Shown one piece after another: positions 8,701-18,369 of a DNA stretch of 64,000 nucleotides (positions within the stretch are counted from its first letter, which is position 1; each line of letters opens with the position of its first letter). Below the pieces are notes generated by a model. The model was not told the origin of the DNA. It did no database searches and saw only the letters and a program-made list of their open reading frames with translations. Source of the DNA: a virus. Location: the IMG/VR virus record IMGVR_UViG_3300045988_133686, positions 32,001 through 96,000 of that record; one strand, written 5' to 3'. Made by a program: the position numbers and the translations under genes.

Positions 8701-11700
8701 GAGATCAAGCCATGGCTGTGATTGAGGCCACGCTGGCTGGCACCAATCTTGATGCTCAAAAAAAGAGAGAGATTGCCGACCTTATCATGAGCAAGGCTGC
8801 GATTGACAATGAGACGCGTAGCTTGCGCGCAAACGCAACCGCTCGTATCGCGATGATGGCTGCCGATCCAATGTCGTGGTTGTCATTGGCTCTGATGATT
8901 ATCCCGCAGATCGTTAAGGGTATTCAGTGGCTCGCGGGTGCTCAAGAAAGACAGCTTGAGACACAGAAGCAAAATGAGCAAGAGATGCAAAGTGCCTTCG
9001 ACACGTATGACCAGTCAAAGGATGCTGCGGAATCATATGCGGAACAGATTGACGAGCTTACTCAAAAAATACGCGAATTGCAGGCACTTGAGAGTAGCGG
9101 TAGGATTTCACTTGTTCAAAAGGATGAGCTTACTGAACTACGTGCAGAAAATGATGAACTACAACGTAAGCTTGACTTGCAACAAGCGCTTGCTAACCAG
9201 GATTACAAAGATGCCGAAAAGAGCTTTACTGATACACTGACTGCGGGGCATGATGCGTATATTGGAGAAAGCTTCGGCAATATGCAAGCCATAGATGTGG
9301 TTAGCAGCAGCGTTGAAGACCAGATCAAACAAGGAGTAAATTACAAATCGATCTTCAGCGGACTTCGACAAGCATACGACTTTTTCCAAGATGATCTCCA
9401 AAGATATAACGAGATGGCCGACGATGCAATGGCCGCAGGAAATGCAAAAGAAGCTGAACGTCTTAGACAGTTAGCTCAATATGACGAAGAATATCTGAAA
9501 AATATCGAGAGTAAGGCCGCTTCTATCGTTGCACAGTTCGACGACCAATATTGGGCTATATGGGATCATTACAGCGGAGATCTTTCTAAAATTGGTAATA
9601 CCAATCTTAGAGATATTATGTCGTGGCTAGGTGATGCGATCGACTGGGTTAGTAAGGACGCAACAGATCGCCGCGTGGAAGGTATTCTTAATGGCGACGC
9701 TTATAAAGATCAAGTTGACAAAATTAAGGAGCTTGCCAAAAGCGGTAAGCTGACCGCCGACGAGCTTAATAACGAAGACTTCGATGGATTCCGCAAGGCT
9801 TTATCCGATGTGGGTGTAGACATTGACTGGTTTATCGAAAACTATAATCGTCTGCTGACTCTTGATTCGCCAGATGATAATCCCAGTAATATTGTCAATC
9901 CGGTCGAGGCATACGTTGCAAAAAATAAATCTGACATTGGTGATGCGCTCTCTTCTGCTTTGAGCGAATACAGCAATGATGGTGTGGTCGCGAAAGACAC
10001 CCTCATGGCACTCGACAAGGCTATTCCTGGCGTCACGAATTTGCTGCTCGATCAAAACGGCGAGTGGACTGCCGCCGGTCAAGCTATCCTCGGTTATACC
10101 GACAACGTTAAAGGCGCGACAGCAGAGCTTTACCGTCTTCTTATCGCTCAGAAGCAACAAGAACTTGCGCAGCTAAATCCTCGCGACGAAAAATATAGGT
10201 ATAACGAAGAGCAGATTAAAAACGAGATTGATAGCTATCAAGCCGCGCTGGACAACCTCCGCGCGAACTGGCGCGACGAAATTACTACTGCCCTCTCCTC
10301 CATCAACTCCGACTCAGATATTCTCGCCCAGGCCATCAACGACTTGAACGACGGCACATTCGAGGAATGGGACAGCGAGTTCGTCGAGACGCTACTCGAC
10401 GCCTTCCCCGACCTTGCCGACGAGATCGAGGCTTTTGCCGACGGCACCATGGACGCCAAAGACCTCATTGAGGAAATGCAGGACGCGGCTGACGCATCTG
10501 CTTGGGATGACTTCCTCGAAGCTCTCGATGCTGTGAACTCTGCCGTTGAAGAATACGGTGAAGACAGCTATCAGGTTCAGGAAGCGCTAGAGAACCTTGA
10601 GTCTATCGTGCCGGGCGTCTCTGCTCTATTTTACACCGAAGACGGCGCTCTTACCGATGTCGGTCAGGCTGCTATTCTCGCGGCGGATGGACATATTGAT
10701 GCGGCTGAGGCTATGTTACAGTCCGCTTTGGTTGCTGCGCAACTCGATCTGAGTAATATCGTTAATGAGTGGAATGCAGTCACGCAGGCTGCGAATCAGG
10801 CTGCAATTGCTGGCATTAACGCTTCCTATTCACAGCAGTATAATAATGCTTCTAAAAAAGTAGCTGACATTAAGAAATTGCTCGACAACCTTGGCAAGAA
10901 GGGCCTTGGTGGCGGCGGTGGTTCCAGGCGAGGTGGCGGTGGCGGTGGTAGCAGCAAAAAGGATGTTCTGGAGGACTACAAGAATCAGAAGAAGATCCTT
11001 GAGCACCGCGCCGACATGTCTAAATCCGCGCAGGACTTAATGCGGGAAGACACCGACGAATGGCGTGTCGAACAGCAGAAGCAGTACGACATCTACCGCG
11101 AGTATGCTGCGATGATCCAGGCCGAGATGGAACGCTTGCGCAAGCTCGGTTATGATAGCGAGTCCGAAGAACTCATGCAACTTGAGAGTGATCTGGCAAA
11201 AGTCAAGAAGCAGATGTACTCCCTTCAGAAAGAGGCATGGAAGTCTCAGCAAGACGCGCAGATCAAAGCGCTCAAGAAGCAGAAGGACGCCGCCAAGGAG
11301 GCTTGGGAGGCCGAAAAGGAACGGCTCGAAGGCGAGATTGATCGCCAGGAAGCGCTCATCGGTTTGCTCGAAAAGCAATATGACCTGACAAATAACCTCC
11401 GCGACCAACGCACCGACCTTGCAAAACAGCTTGCATCCTCGAAGTCATACATTGGTCTATCCGAAGAAGAGCGCAAGTCTTTATTCTCCGATGAGGATTA
11501 CGCCCAGCTTATGGGTGTTCTTGATGACATCCAGCGCGAAGCAATCATTGCCTATAACGAGTACACCGAGCAGATTAAATCCGTCAACACGGACGAGGCA
11601 TATAAGCTGGACTACATCACCCAGCAGTACGAAGCTCAGTACGAGCTGATGAACAAAAAGTATGCCATCGCCGTGCAGGATCTCGCCGTGGCGCGCGCCC

Positions 11701-12638
11701 GCATCGCTCTGGAAAACGCCCAGCAGAACCGCAATATCGCCATGATCGTCAACGGCAAATGGACGTGGAGCGCTGATCCGCAAGCCATCCAGGACGCTGT
11801 TGAAAAGATATATGACGCCGAGCAGGAGCGTGCTGACGCGCAGAGCGACTATATCCAGCAGGAAAAGCTGAACGAAATGGAAGGCTTCAAGGCCAGTTTG
11901 GAACTGGAAAAAGAAGCCGCACAGAAGGCATACGAAGATTTTGTCGAGCATATCGACAAGCTCATAGAAGCGCTTGAAGAGATGGAGTTCGCGTTCGACG
12001 AAACCATTGAGAACCTGTATGACGTAGCTGGTAAGATCGAGAGCGCGGGCAGTGCCATCGCAAGTGCTGCGGCAAGTGCGGCGGCGGCTATCTCCTCTGC
12101 TGGTGGAGGCGGCGGAGGTGGCGGTGGCGGCGGTGGTGGAGGCGACAACGGATCACCGAAAACAAAGATTGTCAGCAAACCGCTGTCCAAGTACGAGAAG
12201 CCAGGAAGCAAATATGCCGAGATCAACATTATCATTGAAGAGGATAAGAACAGCGGTAAAAAGACCGGTAAGGTATATGGCGGTTCGGGCGGCGGTGGCA
12301 AGAACCTGAACATGTATTATGCCGATGGTGGCGTCAACACACAGACCGGCACCGCCATGATGCACGGCACCCCGCGTGCCCCGGAAGTCGTTTTTAACGC
12401 AGCCGACGCCGCGAAGCTCTATGACATCATCCACAACGGTAATCCCGTCGCCGCTATGGCGGATCAGATAAAGGCTCAGGTACATAACGCTGCTGCAAGC
12501 ATGGCAAACGCTGTGCCCGAAGCGCTCCAGCCTATCCAGTATATCATTAACGGCCTCAAGCTAGGCGACGAATCCGGCAACTTGACGCTGCGACAGTTCG
12601 CCACCCAGCTCTCCGCAGCCGCCCCGTTTTTGAAGTAA
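5757..12638 (+). CDS. tail tape measure protein (2293 aa)
   Basis: Core region typical of TP901-type tape measures (GRELGATAVDVATAADTFLRQG...TALTSAMKGY...AASAGGIAKAMAETATSADMAGIS). Long coiled-coil stretches and Gly tracts (G14 at 12102-12143). Confidence 0.95.
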   Translation: MADNLEFGLKIVPDFTEFDSQIGKHKSKETIKVGIEPDTSSIDTGIRAYNKTSRNNASQLRVAISPVEPADGLQKAVDTFSGRVSLRLPIKPIVSTLRSDLNAAVAKLSSNGSSPIAIEASIKPIHINKTLQEAAKGQLFKLPVTLDINQSTLNSQIQSIQSKIVQALGTISVTPQINLNVKQSGGTSNSGGNNSGGLSYEQTLDQAKMLTQLEDFQRKYQSVLQSGGTNTVLGDELQSIIDKVNQINTGDGLTTAKREVAEIEARVKSLASAYRDASSAAQYMIKSSTTTTSDDWMSRWGEINRYIQGLDAQAQKLQSDFQTFSLPQKFVDDLKHLASAVSGRATAALGKADKNEIAGVNVDNVHRAYAQLQQVMQTPFEAQNQDYVKQYTAAIQELDSAVKILTGDLSTVKPTLASASDVSKAKADFESLGKTWSKLFSNSSLSARYTDILGKFDTEMTQAQFKALQADVAAFRSEVIAAGAATQSFGGKLKSALGQFGSFLSVASLVGYAVKGMKDMYQAAVELDTKVTDLQIASGNARSEVRAMVNEYADMGRELGATAVDVATAADTFLRQGENEANTAKLVKDALMLSKLGQIGTDESSTALTSAMKGYKVSADQAELIVDKLTAVDMEAAASAGGIAKAMAETATSADMAGISMDRLIGYLTTIKEITQSGDEETGNFFKSTLARMSNIKAGYLSDPETGEDLSNVEATLSGLGIKLRNSNAEFRNFGDVLDEVAGKWDTFSSVQQRAIATALGGTRGQEKLLVLIENYDSAMEYMDVAANSAGNAAEKYNAYLAGIEASSDSFKASFQKLSADVMNSEFVKGTYDVGTGILGFLDALVQKIGVFSTLGSGSGIASIIKNLTKKGDLLSVIGNSDLSGAISDVGQLSQAYMQLNGKQQRAYMLYNMMMKGTSGLTTAQRQNLAATVQLVRQGQTFNVTMAEAALKQEGLNEAQIQGLQLAMQNQGGLKSTTLAYRDQAMAVIEATLAGTNLDAQKKREIADLIMSKAAIDNETRSLRANATARIAMMAADPMSWLSLALMIIPQIVKGIQWLAGAQERQLETQKQNEQEMQSAFDTYDQSKDAAESYAEQIDELTQKIRELQALESSGRISLVQKDELTELRAENDELQRKLDLQQALANQDYKDAEKSFTDTLTAGHDAYIGESFGNMQAIDVVSSSVEDQIKQGVNYKSIFSGLRQAYDFFQDDLQRYNEMADDAMAAGNAKEAERLRQLAQYDEEYLKNIESKAASIVAQFDDQYWAIWDHYSGDLSKIGNTNLRDIMSWLGDAIDWVSKDATDRRVEGILNGDAYKDQVDKIKELAKSGKLTADELNNEDFDGFRKALSDVGVDIDWFIENYNRLLTLDSPDDNPSNIVNPVEAYVAKNKSDIGDALSSALSEYSNDGVVAKDTLMALDKAIPGVTNLLLDQNGEWTAAGQAILGYTDNVKGATAELYRLLIAQKQQELAQLNPRDEKYRYNEEQIKNEIDSYQAALDNLRANWRDEITTALSSINSDSDILAQAINDLNDGTFEEWDSEFVETLLDAFPDLADEIEAFADGTMDAKDLIEEMQDAADASAWDDFLEALDAVNSAVEEYGEDSYQVQEALENLESIVPGVSALFYTEDGALTDVGQAAILAADGHIDAAEAMLQSALVAAQLDLSNIVNEWNAVTQAANQAAIAGINASYSQQYNNASKKVADIKKLLDNLGKKGLGGGGGSRRGGGGGGSSKKDVLEDYKNQKKILEHRADMSKSAQDLMREDTDEWRVEQQKQYDIYREYAAMIQAEMERLRKLGYDSESEELMQLESDLAKVKKQMYSLQKEAWKSQQDAQIKALKKQKDAAKEAWEAEKERLEGEIDRQEALIGLLEKQYDLTNNLRDQRTDLAKQLASSKSYIGLSEEERKSLFSDEDYAQLMGVLDDIQREAIIAYNEYTEQIKSVNTDEAYKLDYITQQYEAQYELMNKKYAIAVQDLAVARARIALENAQQNRNIAMIVNGKWTWSADPQAIQDAVEKIYDAEQERADAQSDYIQQEKLNEMEGFKASLELEKEAAQKAYEDFVEHIDKLIEALEEMEFAFDETIENLYDVAGKIESAGSAIASAAASAAAAISSAGGGGGGGGGGGGGGDNGSPKTKIVSKPLSKYEKPGSKYAEINIIIEEDKNSGKKTGKVYGGSGGGGKNLNMYYADGGVNTQTGTAMMHGTPRAPEVVFNAADAAKLYDIIHNGNPVAAMADQIKAQVHNAAASMANAVPEALQPIQYIINGLKLGDESGNLTLRQFATQLSAAAPFLK

Positions 12639-12647
12639 AGGAGTTTT

Positions 12648-12953
12648 ATGACAAACGATTTGCAGACCATCATCAACGCTCTGAAGAAGCCCATCTCAGA
12701 GCTAATAAAAGAGCGTACCAAGAACATGGTACGCCGCGAATCTGCCGTCGTCATTTCTGTGGACAATGCCCGCCGCACCGCAACAGTGCGGCTGGGCACA
12801 TCCCCTGAGCGTGATGACCAGAATATGCTGTTGCCAAATGCTACTGGTTCTGACCTGGAAGTTGGAGAAACCGTGTGGGTAGACATGTGGGGCAGCCCAT
12901 CTTTTAATGCTGTGATCTCTATGCGTAACGTATTTGACGAAACCATCAGGTGA
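12648..12953 (+). CDS. hypothetical tail-module protein
   Basis: RBS aaggag plus 4 nt (tttt) before the ATG. 101 aa. The 3' end overlaps the convergent minus-strand gene by 8 nt. Confidence 0.6.
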   Translation: MTNDLQTIINALKKPISELIKERTKNMVRRESAVVISVDNARRTATVRLGTSPERDDQNMLLPNATGSDLEVGETVWVDMWGSPSFNAVISMRNVFDETIR

Positions 12954-13941
12954 CTCTGTGCAATACAACGGGTGTGTCTCCTCCGGTAATACCAATAGGC
13001 ATAGGTGCAACCCAGCGCAATACGAGTTTACGCTCACTCGGCTCTGACTTTGAACCCGTCCAGAAATAATGCCAGTGCCCGCGCCGCATATGCGGGCGAG
13101 GCGAGGCGTGAGTGCCCGGCTTCTTCTCTTGATGATTTACGGGCTGAGTAGACGTCATAGCGCGGATGGCGTCGCCAATGCGTACCCCGACGTCCCACTT
13201 CCGTATCTCAACATACCTGTCTTTAATTACTCTACTGTTCGTAGTTGTTGACTGTTGCTCTGGGTTTGGTTGGACATCGGCGTTATTCGCGCACACATAC
13301 AACACAAGCTGTAAAACGTCTTGCAGTAATTGATACGTGATATTTACATATCCGTGCGAGTGCAATGCGTGTCGCAGTTCGACTTTACGAGCTTGCGCCT
13401 TAGTCATCTCAATGCTATGTGAAATGTTTTGTGCGTCGATATGCAACATATATGTGCCGACTTCTCCGTCATTTCTTACAAACACTAAGCGCAATTCCCT
13501 ATCACCATTTTTTACATCGTCTTCCAGGTGGACAAACACTCCATGTGCTTCAGTGATTGTGGCAAATTGAATATAGAAACACATATACGGCAGATGGAGT
13601 AGCACTTCGCTCGGTATCTCTGTATCGTCCTGTTCGAGAAGCAGATTCTCTGTGTCTTCGTCCATAACAAAAACTTCTTTGTCGTGACGCCACGGGGCTA
13701 GGGCGGCCATGGCACAGGCATCATCAACGGCTTGGCTTCTGTCACTAAAGTTGTACATTTGTGTGATTGCCAGTGTACCGCCTATCGGTATATAACACCA
13801 TGGTTCCCACACGGGATAACTACTACTCACATCGTCGTGTATTCTAAGCTTTTCAACCAATTCCCAACAATTGGGGTATCGAGCTGTTATCTTTTTCAAG
13901 AGTAACAACGGCGCATACATCTGATCTACATTATTTTTCAT
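12946..13941 (-). CDS. opposite-strand moron; AcrVA2-like protein (tentative)
   Basis: Strong RBS GGGAGGGGG and its own -10 element. 331 aa. The C-terminal RPHMRRGHWHYFWTG...LVLRWVAP and internal LHLPYMCFYIQF / LQLVLYVCANNADV resemble my recollection of the AcrVA2 family. Not verified by search. Confidence 0.5.
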   Translation of the reverse strand: MKNNVDQMYAPLLLLKKITARYPNCWELVEKLRIHDDVSSSYPVWEPWCYIPIGGTLAITQMYNFSDRSQAVDDACAMAALAPWRHDKEVFVMDEDTENLLLEQDDTEIPSEVLLHLPYMCFYIQFATITEAHGVFVHLEDDVKNGDRELRLVFVRNDGEVGTYMLHIDAQNISHSIEMTKAQARKVELRHALHSHGYVNITYQLLQDVLQLVLYVCANNADVQPNPEQQSTTTNSRVIKDRYVEIRKWDVGVRIGDAIRAMTSTQPVNHQEKKPGTHASPRPHMRRGHWHYFWTGSKSEPSERKLVLRWVAPMPIGITGGDTPVVLHRVT

Positions 13942-13965
13942 TTAATACCCCCTCCCGCTGAGAAT

Positions 13966-13973
13966 ATTATACA
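13966..13973 (-). promoter_or_regulatory. -10 element TGTATAAT for the opposite-strand moron
   Basis: Reverse complement of 13966-13973 is TGTATAAT, about 25 nt upstream of ATG 13941. Confidence 0.45.
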
Positions 13974-13998
13974 CGCTAACTGTTTTTATCGCAATACC

Positions 13999-16278
13999 TT
14001 GGAGGTGAGCATCATCCTATATCGTCCCTCATATATGCTTCCGTCCAGCGTGGCAGGCGGATCTGGCGGAATCATAGATGCTACGCAAGAATCCACGTTT
14101 GTGGCGCAACTCAATGCTTCTTCGTGGATCGACGCTTACCAAGTTATTATCCGCCGCAACACCGCGCTGAATGAAATAGTATACAACACCGGAGTTAAGT
14201 TGCTTGACGAACGTTTTTACCCAACTGATCCGGCGGGCAACTATGTGCCATTAACTATCCCTATTCCCTCCTCTGTCGCGCCCCTGCAATACGAGTCCGT
14301 CAACATCGGTGACGCGAACAAGACGGTGTGGGTGCGATTTAATATGCCCATAGCCAAACAAACAACCGGCGACATCAAAGCGGGCGTTAGCTTGTCTACT
14401 GATGGCGGCGCTACGTGGACTGGCACGGCAGGCAATCCTGTGACGGCAGCCGTCATCAAAGACGACGAACTCAAGATCACGTTCACCTCTGCGGTAGCTG
14501 GCAAGGAGAACGTCGTGAAGATTGCGGCGGGCACGATCAAACCGCTGAACGGGTACTTTCAATCGTCGAGCGAAGATATTGTTACCGGCAAATTTACTGG
14601 GTTTTTAGAAGAATCGCTCGTATCACTCAATCCGTCTACCGGCACCATCGCAGCCGGTAGCTCAATGACCGCAACTGTAACCGGCAATAAGCCGACCTAT
14701 GCAGTCAGCCGCAACGCTGCAATCTCTATCAAAAAAGCCGAATCAACGGACGAACTCGCGTCTCGTACACAGGCAGATAACCGCATCTCGTATACCATTT
14801 TAGACAAGTCGATTTATTTCTATGTCGGCGGGAGCATCACGGCTGGTCAGTATGTTTTTAGCTATACGGATAACGCGCTGACCGGAACGACGAAAACTGT
14901 CACCGCGACCGTGAATGTCATTGCCCGCAATGGCATTACCTGCACCGCATACGCATTGGATGATACGGCCAGCGTCGTGTCTTTAACTATGAATAAAGAG
15001 ACGCAGAACGCTAAGAGCACGCTTGCCGAGCTTGCGTCCGCCATCCAACTTTCAACGGACGGAGGCGTGACATGGACTGGTACGACCGCAAATCCTATTG
15101 TTGCGGTAGGTTTTACGAATGAGGCGCAGAAATACACCAAAGCCGCTGTCTACAACATGCGCATCGAGTTCACCTCTCCACTCACTGGTTCCAGCAATAT
15201 TATTAAGATCCCAGCCGACTCCATTAAGTCTGGCGATGTGAAAAATACGGAGATTTTATCCGCGACCCTCGTTGTGCCGGAAGCAACAGCCCCTGCGGCG
15301 TCTTCCAGTGATACGCAGGACACGTCCTCGCCTGTAACAAACCATATGGTGAACGGTTACGCAAACGGATATAAGTGGACGCTCAAGATTTGGAATGGAT
15401 ACGATGCTGGCGACCCGGATGCTCAGGCCATCGAGTCGTTTGAGTCGTGCTTCGATTGCAAGGACACCCCTACGGTTAGTATTACAGGGCCATCTGTTGT
15501 GGCGGCACGCTCCGCACAATGGACTGGGGTATACAGCCACGGCAAGGACATTCCATTAATGTGGAACCGATGGCAACTCCTCATCGCGGGAGATGTTGTG
15601 CGCGACACGGGTATGCAGTACGGCAATAGCGCGTTGGCATACTCTTATGACGGACTGATCGCGGGCACAAATTACGTGCTGAAGCTCACCTGCGCCACGC
15701 AGGACGGTGTTGAGGTCAGCACATCGTTGCCGTTCTCGGTGAACTACACAACGCTGGATTCGAACGGTATCGTCAAGGCGACACCGCAACGCGATGGTTC
15801 CGTTTACGTGCAGTGCCGCAACATGAAGTATATCACAGGCGTGCCCAGCAGCGACGGCTTCTCATATCTGGCGAACACCCCTGTTACCGATCACAATAGT
15901 GTGAGCACGGAGGGCGGGGCGAGCATTAGCTTTGTCAGCACAGAGGATGCCGACATGGATTTTGCGGACGGCGACACATTGATGGTGCGCTTGCATTCCA
16001 AGTACGATGGCACCCTATTGTCTTTCGAGGCGGATGACGGCTCCCTATCCTTTACTCTGACGCACCGAGGGCTGGTGGACGGCTTGCTGCCGAACACTGA
16101 CTTATATCCGGCGACCGACCTATACCCCGACCCGACAAAGTTTGGTGAATTCGTCTATACCGTAAACGGCAAAGAGATCGCCATCATTCCAACCCCGAAC
16201 TACGGTTATAACTGGTATACGCTTTATTTAACCACAACAAGCATAACCGCATATGCGCACACTGGAGGTGCGACCTAA
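13999..16278 (+). CDS. tail/baseplate-associated protein with duplicated Ig-like domain
   Basis: Internal repeat: SLSTDGGATWTGTAGNPVTAAV...ITFTSAVAGKENVVKIAAGTIK vs QLSTDGGVTWTGTTANPIVAV...IEFTSPLTGSSNIIKIPADSIK. Start is uncertain (TTG 13999 or ATG 14035). Confidence 0.65.
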   Translation: MEVSIILYRPSYMLPSSVAGGSGGIIDATQESTFVAQLNASSWIDAYQVIIRRNTALNEIVYNTGVKLLDERFYPTDPAGNYVPLTIPIPSSVAPLQYESVNIGDANKTVWVRFNMPIAKQTTGDIKAGVSLSTDGGATWTGTAGNPVTAAVIKDDELKITFTSAVAGKENVVKIAAGTIKPLNGYFQSSSEDIVTGKFTGFLEESLVSLNPSTGTIAAGSSMTATVTGNKPTYAVSRNAAISIKKAESTDELASRTQADNRISYTILDKSIYFYVGGSITAGQYVFSYTDNALTGTTKTVTATVNVIARNGITCTAYALDDTASVVSLTMNKETQNAKSTLAELASAIQLSTDGGVTWTGTTANPIVAVGFTNEAQKYTKAAVYNMRIEFTSPLTGSSNIIKIPADSIKSGDVKNTEILSATLVVPEATAPAASSSDTQDTSSPVTNHMVNGYANGYKWTLKIWNGYDAGDPDAQAIESFESCFDCKDTPTVSITGPSVVAARSAQWTGVYSHGKDIPLMWNRWQLLIAGDVVRDTGMQYGNSALAYSYDGLIAGTNYVLKLTCATQDGVEVSTSLPFSVNYTTLDSNGIVKATPQRDGSVYVQCRNMKYITGVPSSDGFSYLANTPVTDHNSVSTEGGASISFVSTEDADMDFADGDTLMVRLHSKYDGTLLSFEADDGSLSFTLTHRGLVDGLLPNTDLYPATDLYPDPTKFGEFVYTVNGKEIAIIPTPNYGYNWYTLYLTTTSITAYAHTGGAT

Positions 16279-17108
16279 TGGCAAAAGGAACATTGACTCT
16301 TGGGCCGCACGTCTGGTGCGACTGGATCACGATTACAACGGCGCAGCCTGGCGCGGAAACCGAGGACTTAAATTACGAGCCTGTGTGGAACAAGCAGAGT
16401 AAGTTCCTGGCGAAGTTCGACAACACGCTGCGCACCGGCAACCTAAAGGCTGATGGCACACCGCCGACGAGCTGGGCGATTTATCGTCAAGAGGTCGGCA
16501 AGGAAGCCATGCAGTATGTCATTACGGCGGAGGGCACGGAAGCCACCTGCTTCGACTATGCCGCCGCCAACAACACACAGTATATCTATCATTCATTTGC
16601 CCGCACCGAGAGCGACATGTCTGAGGACAAGCGGAGCAACACGCTCATGCCGAACTGGAACGGGTGGATTCTGACTACCCTCGACCCAACTGACGACCCT
16701 ACGTTGTTTGTGCCGCACGAGATCTTCTGTTTCGACTACAATCTTGAGTTGGGTGATATGACAAATAATACGGGCTTTAACCAGATGGAGACATTTGGAC
16801 GCTACCCAATCATTCAGCGTTCTGCCGCCAACCATATGAGCGGACAGCTCAAGGGACTGGTTGGCATCATGGACGACCGCTGCCGCTATATCGAAACTGT
16901 GGCTATGGCTGATGCGATACAGGCGTTGACGACAGACACTCGCCGCAAAATCCTCAAAGACCTCAAGGGTCATGTGTGGGAGGTCGAGCTGTCCGGCGGC
17001 ATTATCTTCTCGATCGAGCCTCGGCTTACCAAAGAGCCATACGCGGCTACACTGCAATGGGTTGAAGTCGGTGACGCAAGCGACATAAGGGTGGTGAAGA
17101 CGGTGTGA
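16278..17108 (+). CDS. distal tail protein (Dit)-like, by size and position
   Basis: RBS GGAGGTG. TAATG overlap with the upstream stop. 276 aa. Confidence 0.5.
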   Translation: MAKGTLTLGPHVWCDWITITTAQPGAETEDLNYEPVWNKQSKFLAKFDNTLRTGNLKADGTPPTSWAIYRQEVGKEAMQYVITAEGTEATCFDYAAANNTQYIYHSFARTESDMSEDKRSNTLMPNWNGWILTTLDPTDDPTLFVPHEIFCFDYNLELGDMTNNTGFNQMETFGRYPIIQRSAANHMSGQLKGLVGIMDDRCRYIETVAMADAIQALTTDTRRKILKDLKGHVWEVELSGGIIFSIEPRLTKEPYAATLQWVEVGDASDIRVVKTV

Positions 17109-18358
17109 ATACATACTATGCGCGGTATGCAGAATACCTAGACAAGATCACACGCCCGCACATCGCGGCTACGAAAATTGAGTGGCTGAATCCTGATGGC
17201 TCGGTTGCCTTTGATATTACCGAGGATTCTATCCAATCCGGCACCATCAACGTGCAGTACCAAAACGGCATTCGCAGCACCGCCGACATCACCCTGGACA
17301 ATTGGGCGCAAACTTTCGACGTTAACGCTGACAAAATATGGTTCGGGCAGCAGATTAAGATCAGCAAAGGGCTGTACCTAGACGACGGAACGCCCTTCTA
17401 CGTGCCCAAAGGCGTGTATTATGTGAGCAATCCCGATCAGGTCTACTCCCCCACTCAGCGCACCACGCACCTATCCTTGGTGGATAAATGGGGCTATCTG
17501 GACGGCAGCTTGTTCGGCAATTTGGACGGCATTTATCAGCTCAATATAGGCGACGATTTATTTGTGGCGCTGCGGGAATTGCTCTTAAAGGATCGCGGCA
17601 ATGGAATCCCATATGACTCCATGCCTCCCATCCTCAGCAGTTACTACCAAGGACGCACAACGACCGCCGCGTACACCAAGCTCATCACGAGCTTTGATGC
17701 TACGGGCGCTGAATATACGACCACAGAACTTGAATACCGCGACATCCCCGTAACGGAATGCCCATATACCTCGCGCATCGAAGCCACAGGCACATTTGCT
17801 GACGTCGTGTTAGAAATCGCGAAGATGCTGGTCGCGAACGTTGGATATGACGCAGCGGGTCGGCTTTGCATTGAACCCAACAACACAGACATCCACAACT
17901 CAGACCGTCCAGTGCTTTGGCATTACCGAACGACCGAAAACTCATTGTTGAGTGTGTCGTACCAGTTCCCGCTTTCGGATGTATTCAACTCTGTCACCGT
18001 GACAGGAGCTACCCTCAATGGCTTGCAGGCCAAGGGATTTGCGCAGAACACAGACGCCCGCAGTGGCACCAGTGTCGCCCGTATCGGTGTCAAGAGTTAT
18101 TCCGAGGAGCAAAGCTCGTATTACACCAACTTGCAGTGTCAGGAGATGGCAGACTACCTGCTGCAACAAAAATCCTCACTGCTGACAACTACGACGATTG
18201 ATTCGGTGCCTATATATCACATGGATGTAAACTGCCTCGTAACGCTAGAGCGCCCGGAGATTTCCTCGGCGGTTGATACCTATCTTGTTACGGGCTACTC
18301 TATGCCGGTTGGTCAAACGGGTTCGATGAGCATCAACGCGGTGCGCGCCTATCGTTAA
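17105..18358 (+). CDS. baseplate hub / tail-associated (Tal N-terminal-like) protein, by size and position
   Basis: GTG start overlapping the upstream stop (GTGTGA). 417 aa, following the Dit-like gene. Confidence 0.5.
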   Translation: MNTYYARYAEYLDKITRPHIAATKIEWLNPDGSVAFDITEDSIQSGTINVQYQNGIRSTADITLDNWAQTFDVNADKIWFGQQIKISKGLYLDDGTPFYVPKGVYYVSNPDQVYSPTQRTTHLSLVDKWGYLDGSLFGNLDGIYQLNIGDDLFVALRELLLKDRGNGIPYDSMPPILSSYYQGRTTTAAYTKLITSFDATGAEYTTTELEYRDIPVTECPYTSRIEATGTFADVVLEIAKMLVANVGYDAAGRLCIEPNNTDIHNSDRPVLWHYRTTENSLLSVSYQFPLSDVFNSVTVTGATLNGLQAKGFAQNTDARSGTSVARIGVKSYSEEQSSYYTNLQCQEMADYLLQQKSSLLTTTTIDSVPIYHMDVNCLVTLERPEISSAVDTYLVTGYSMPVGQTGSMSINAVRAYR

Positions 18359-18369
18359 GGAGAATGGAC

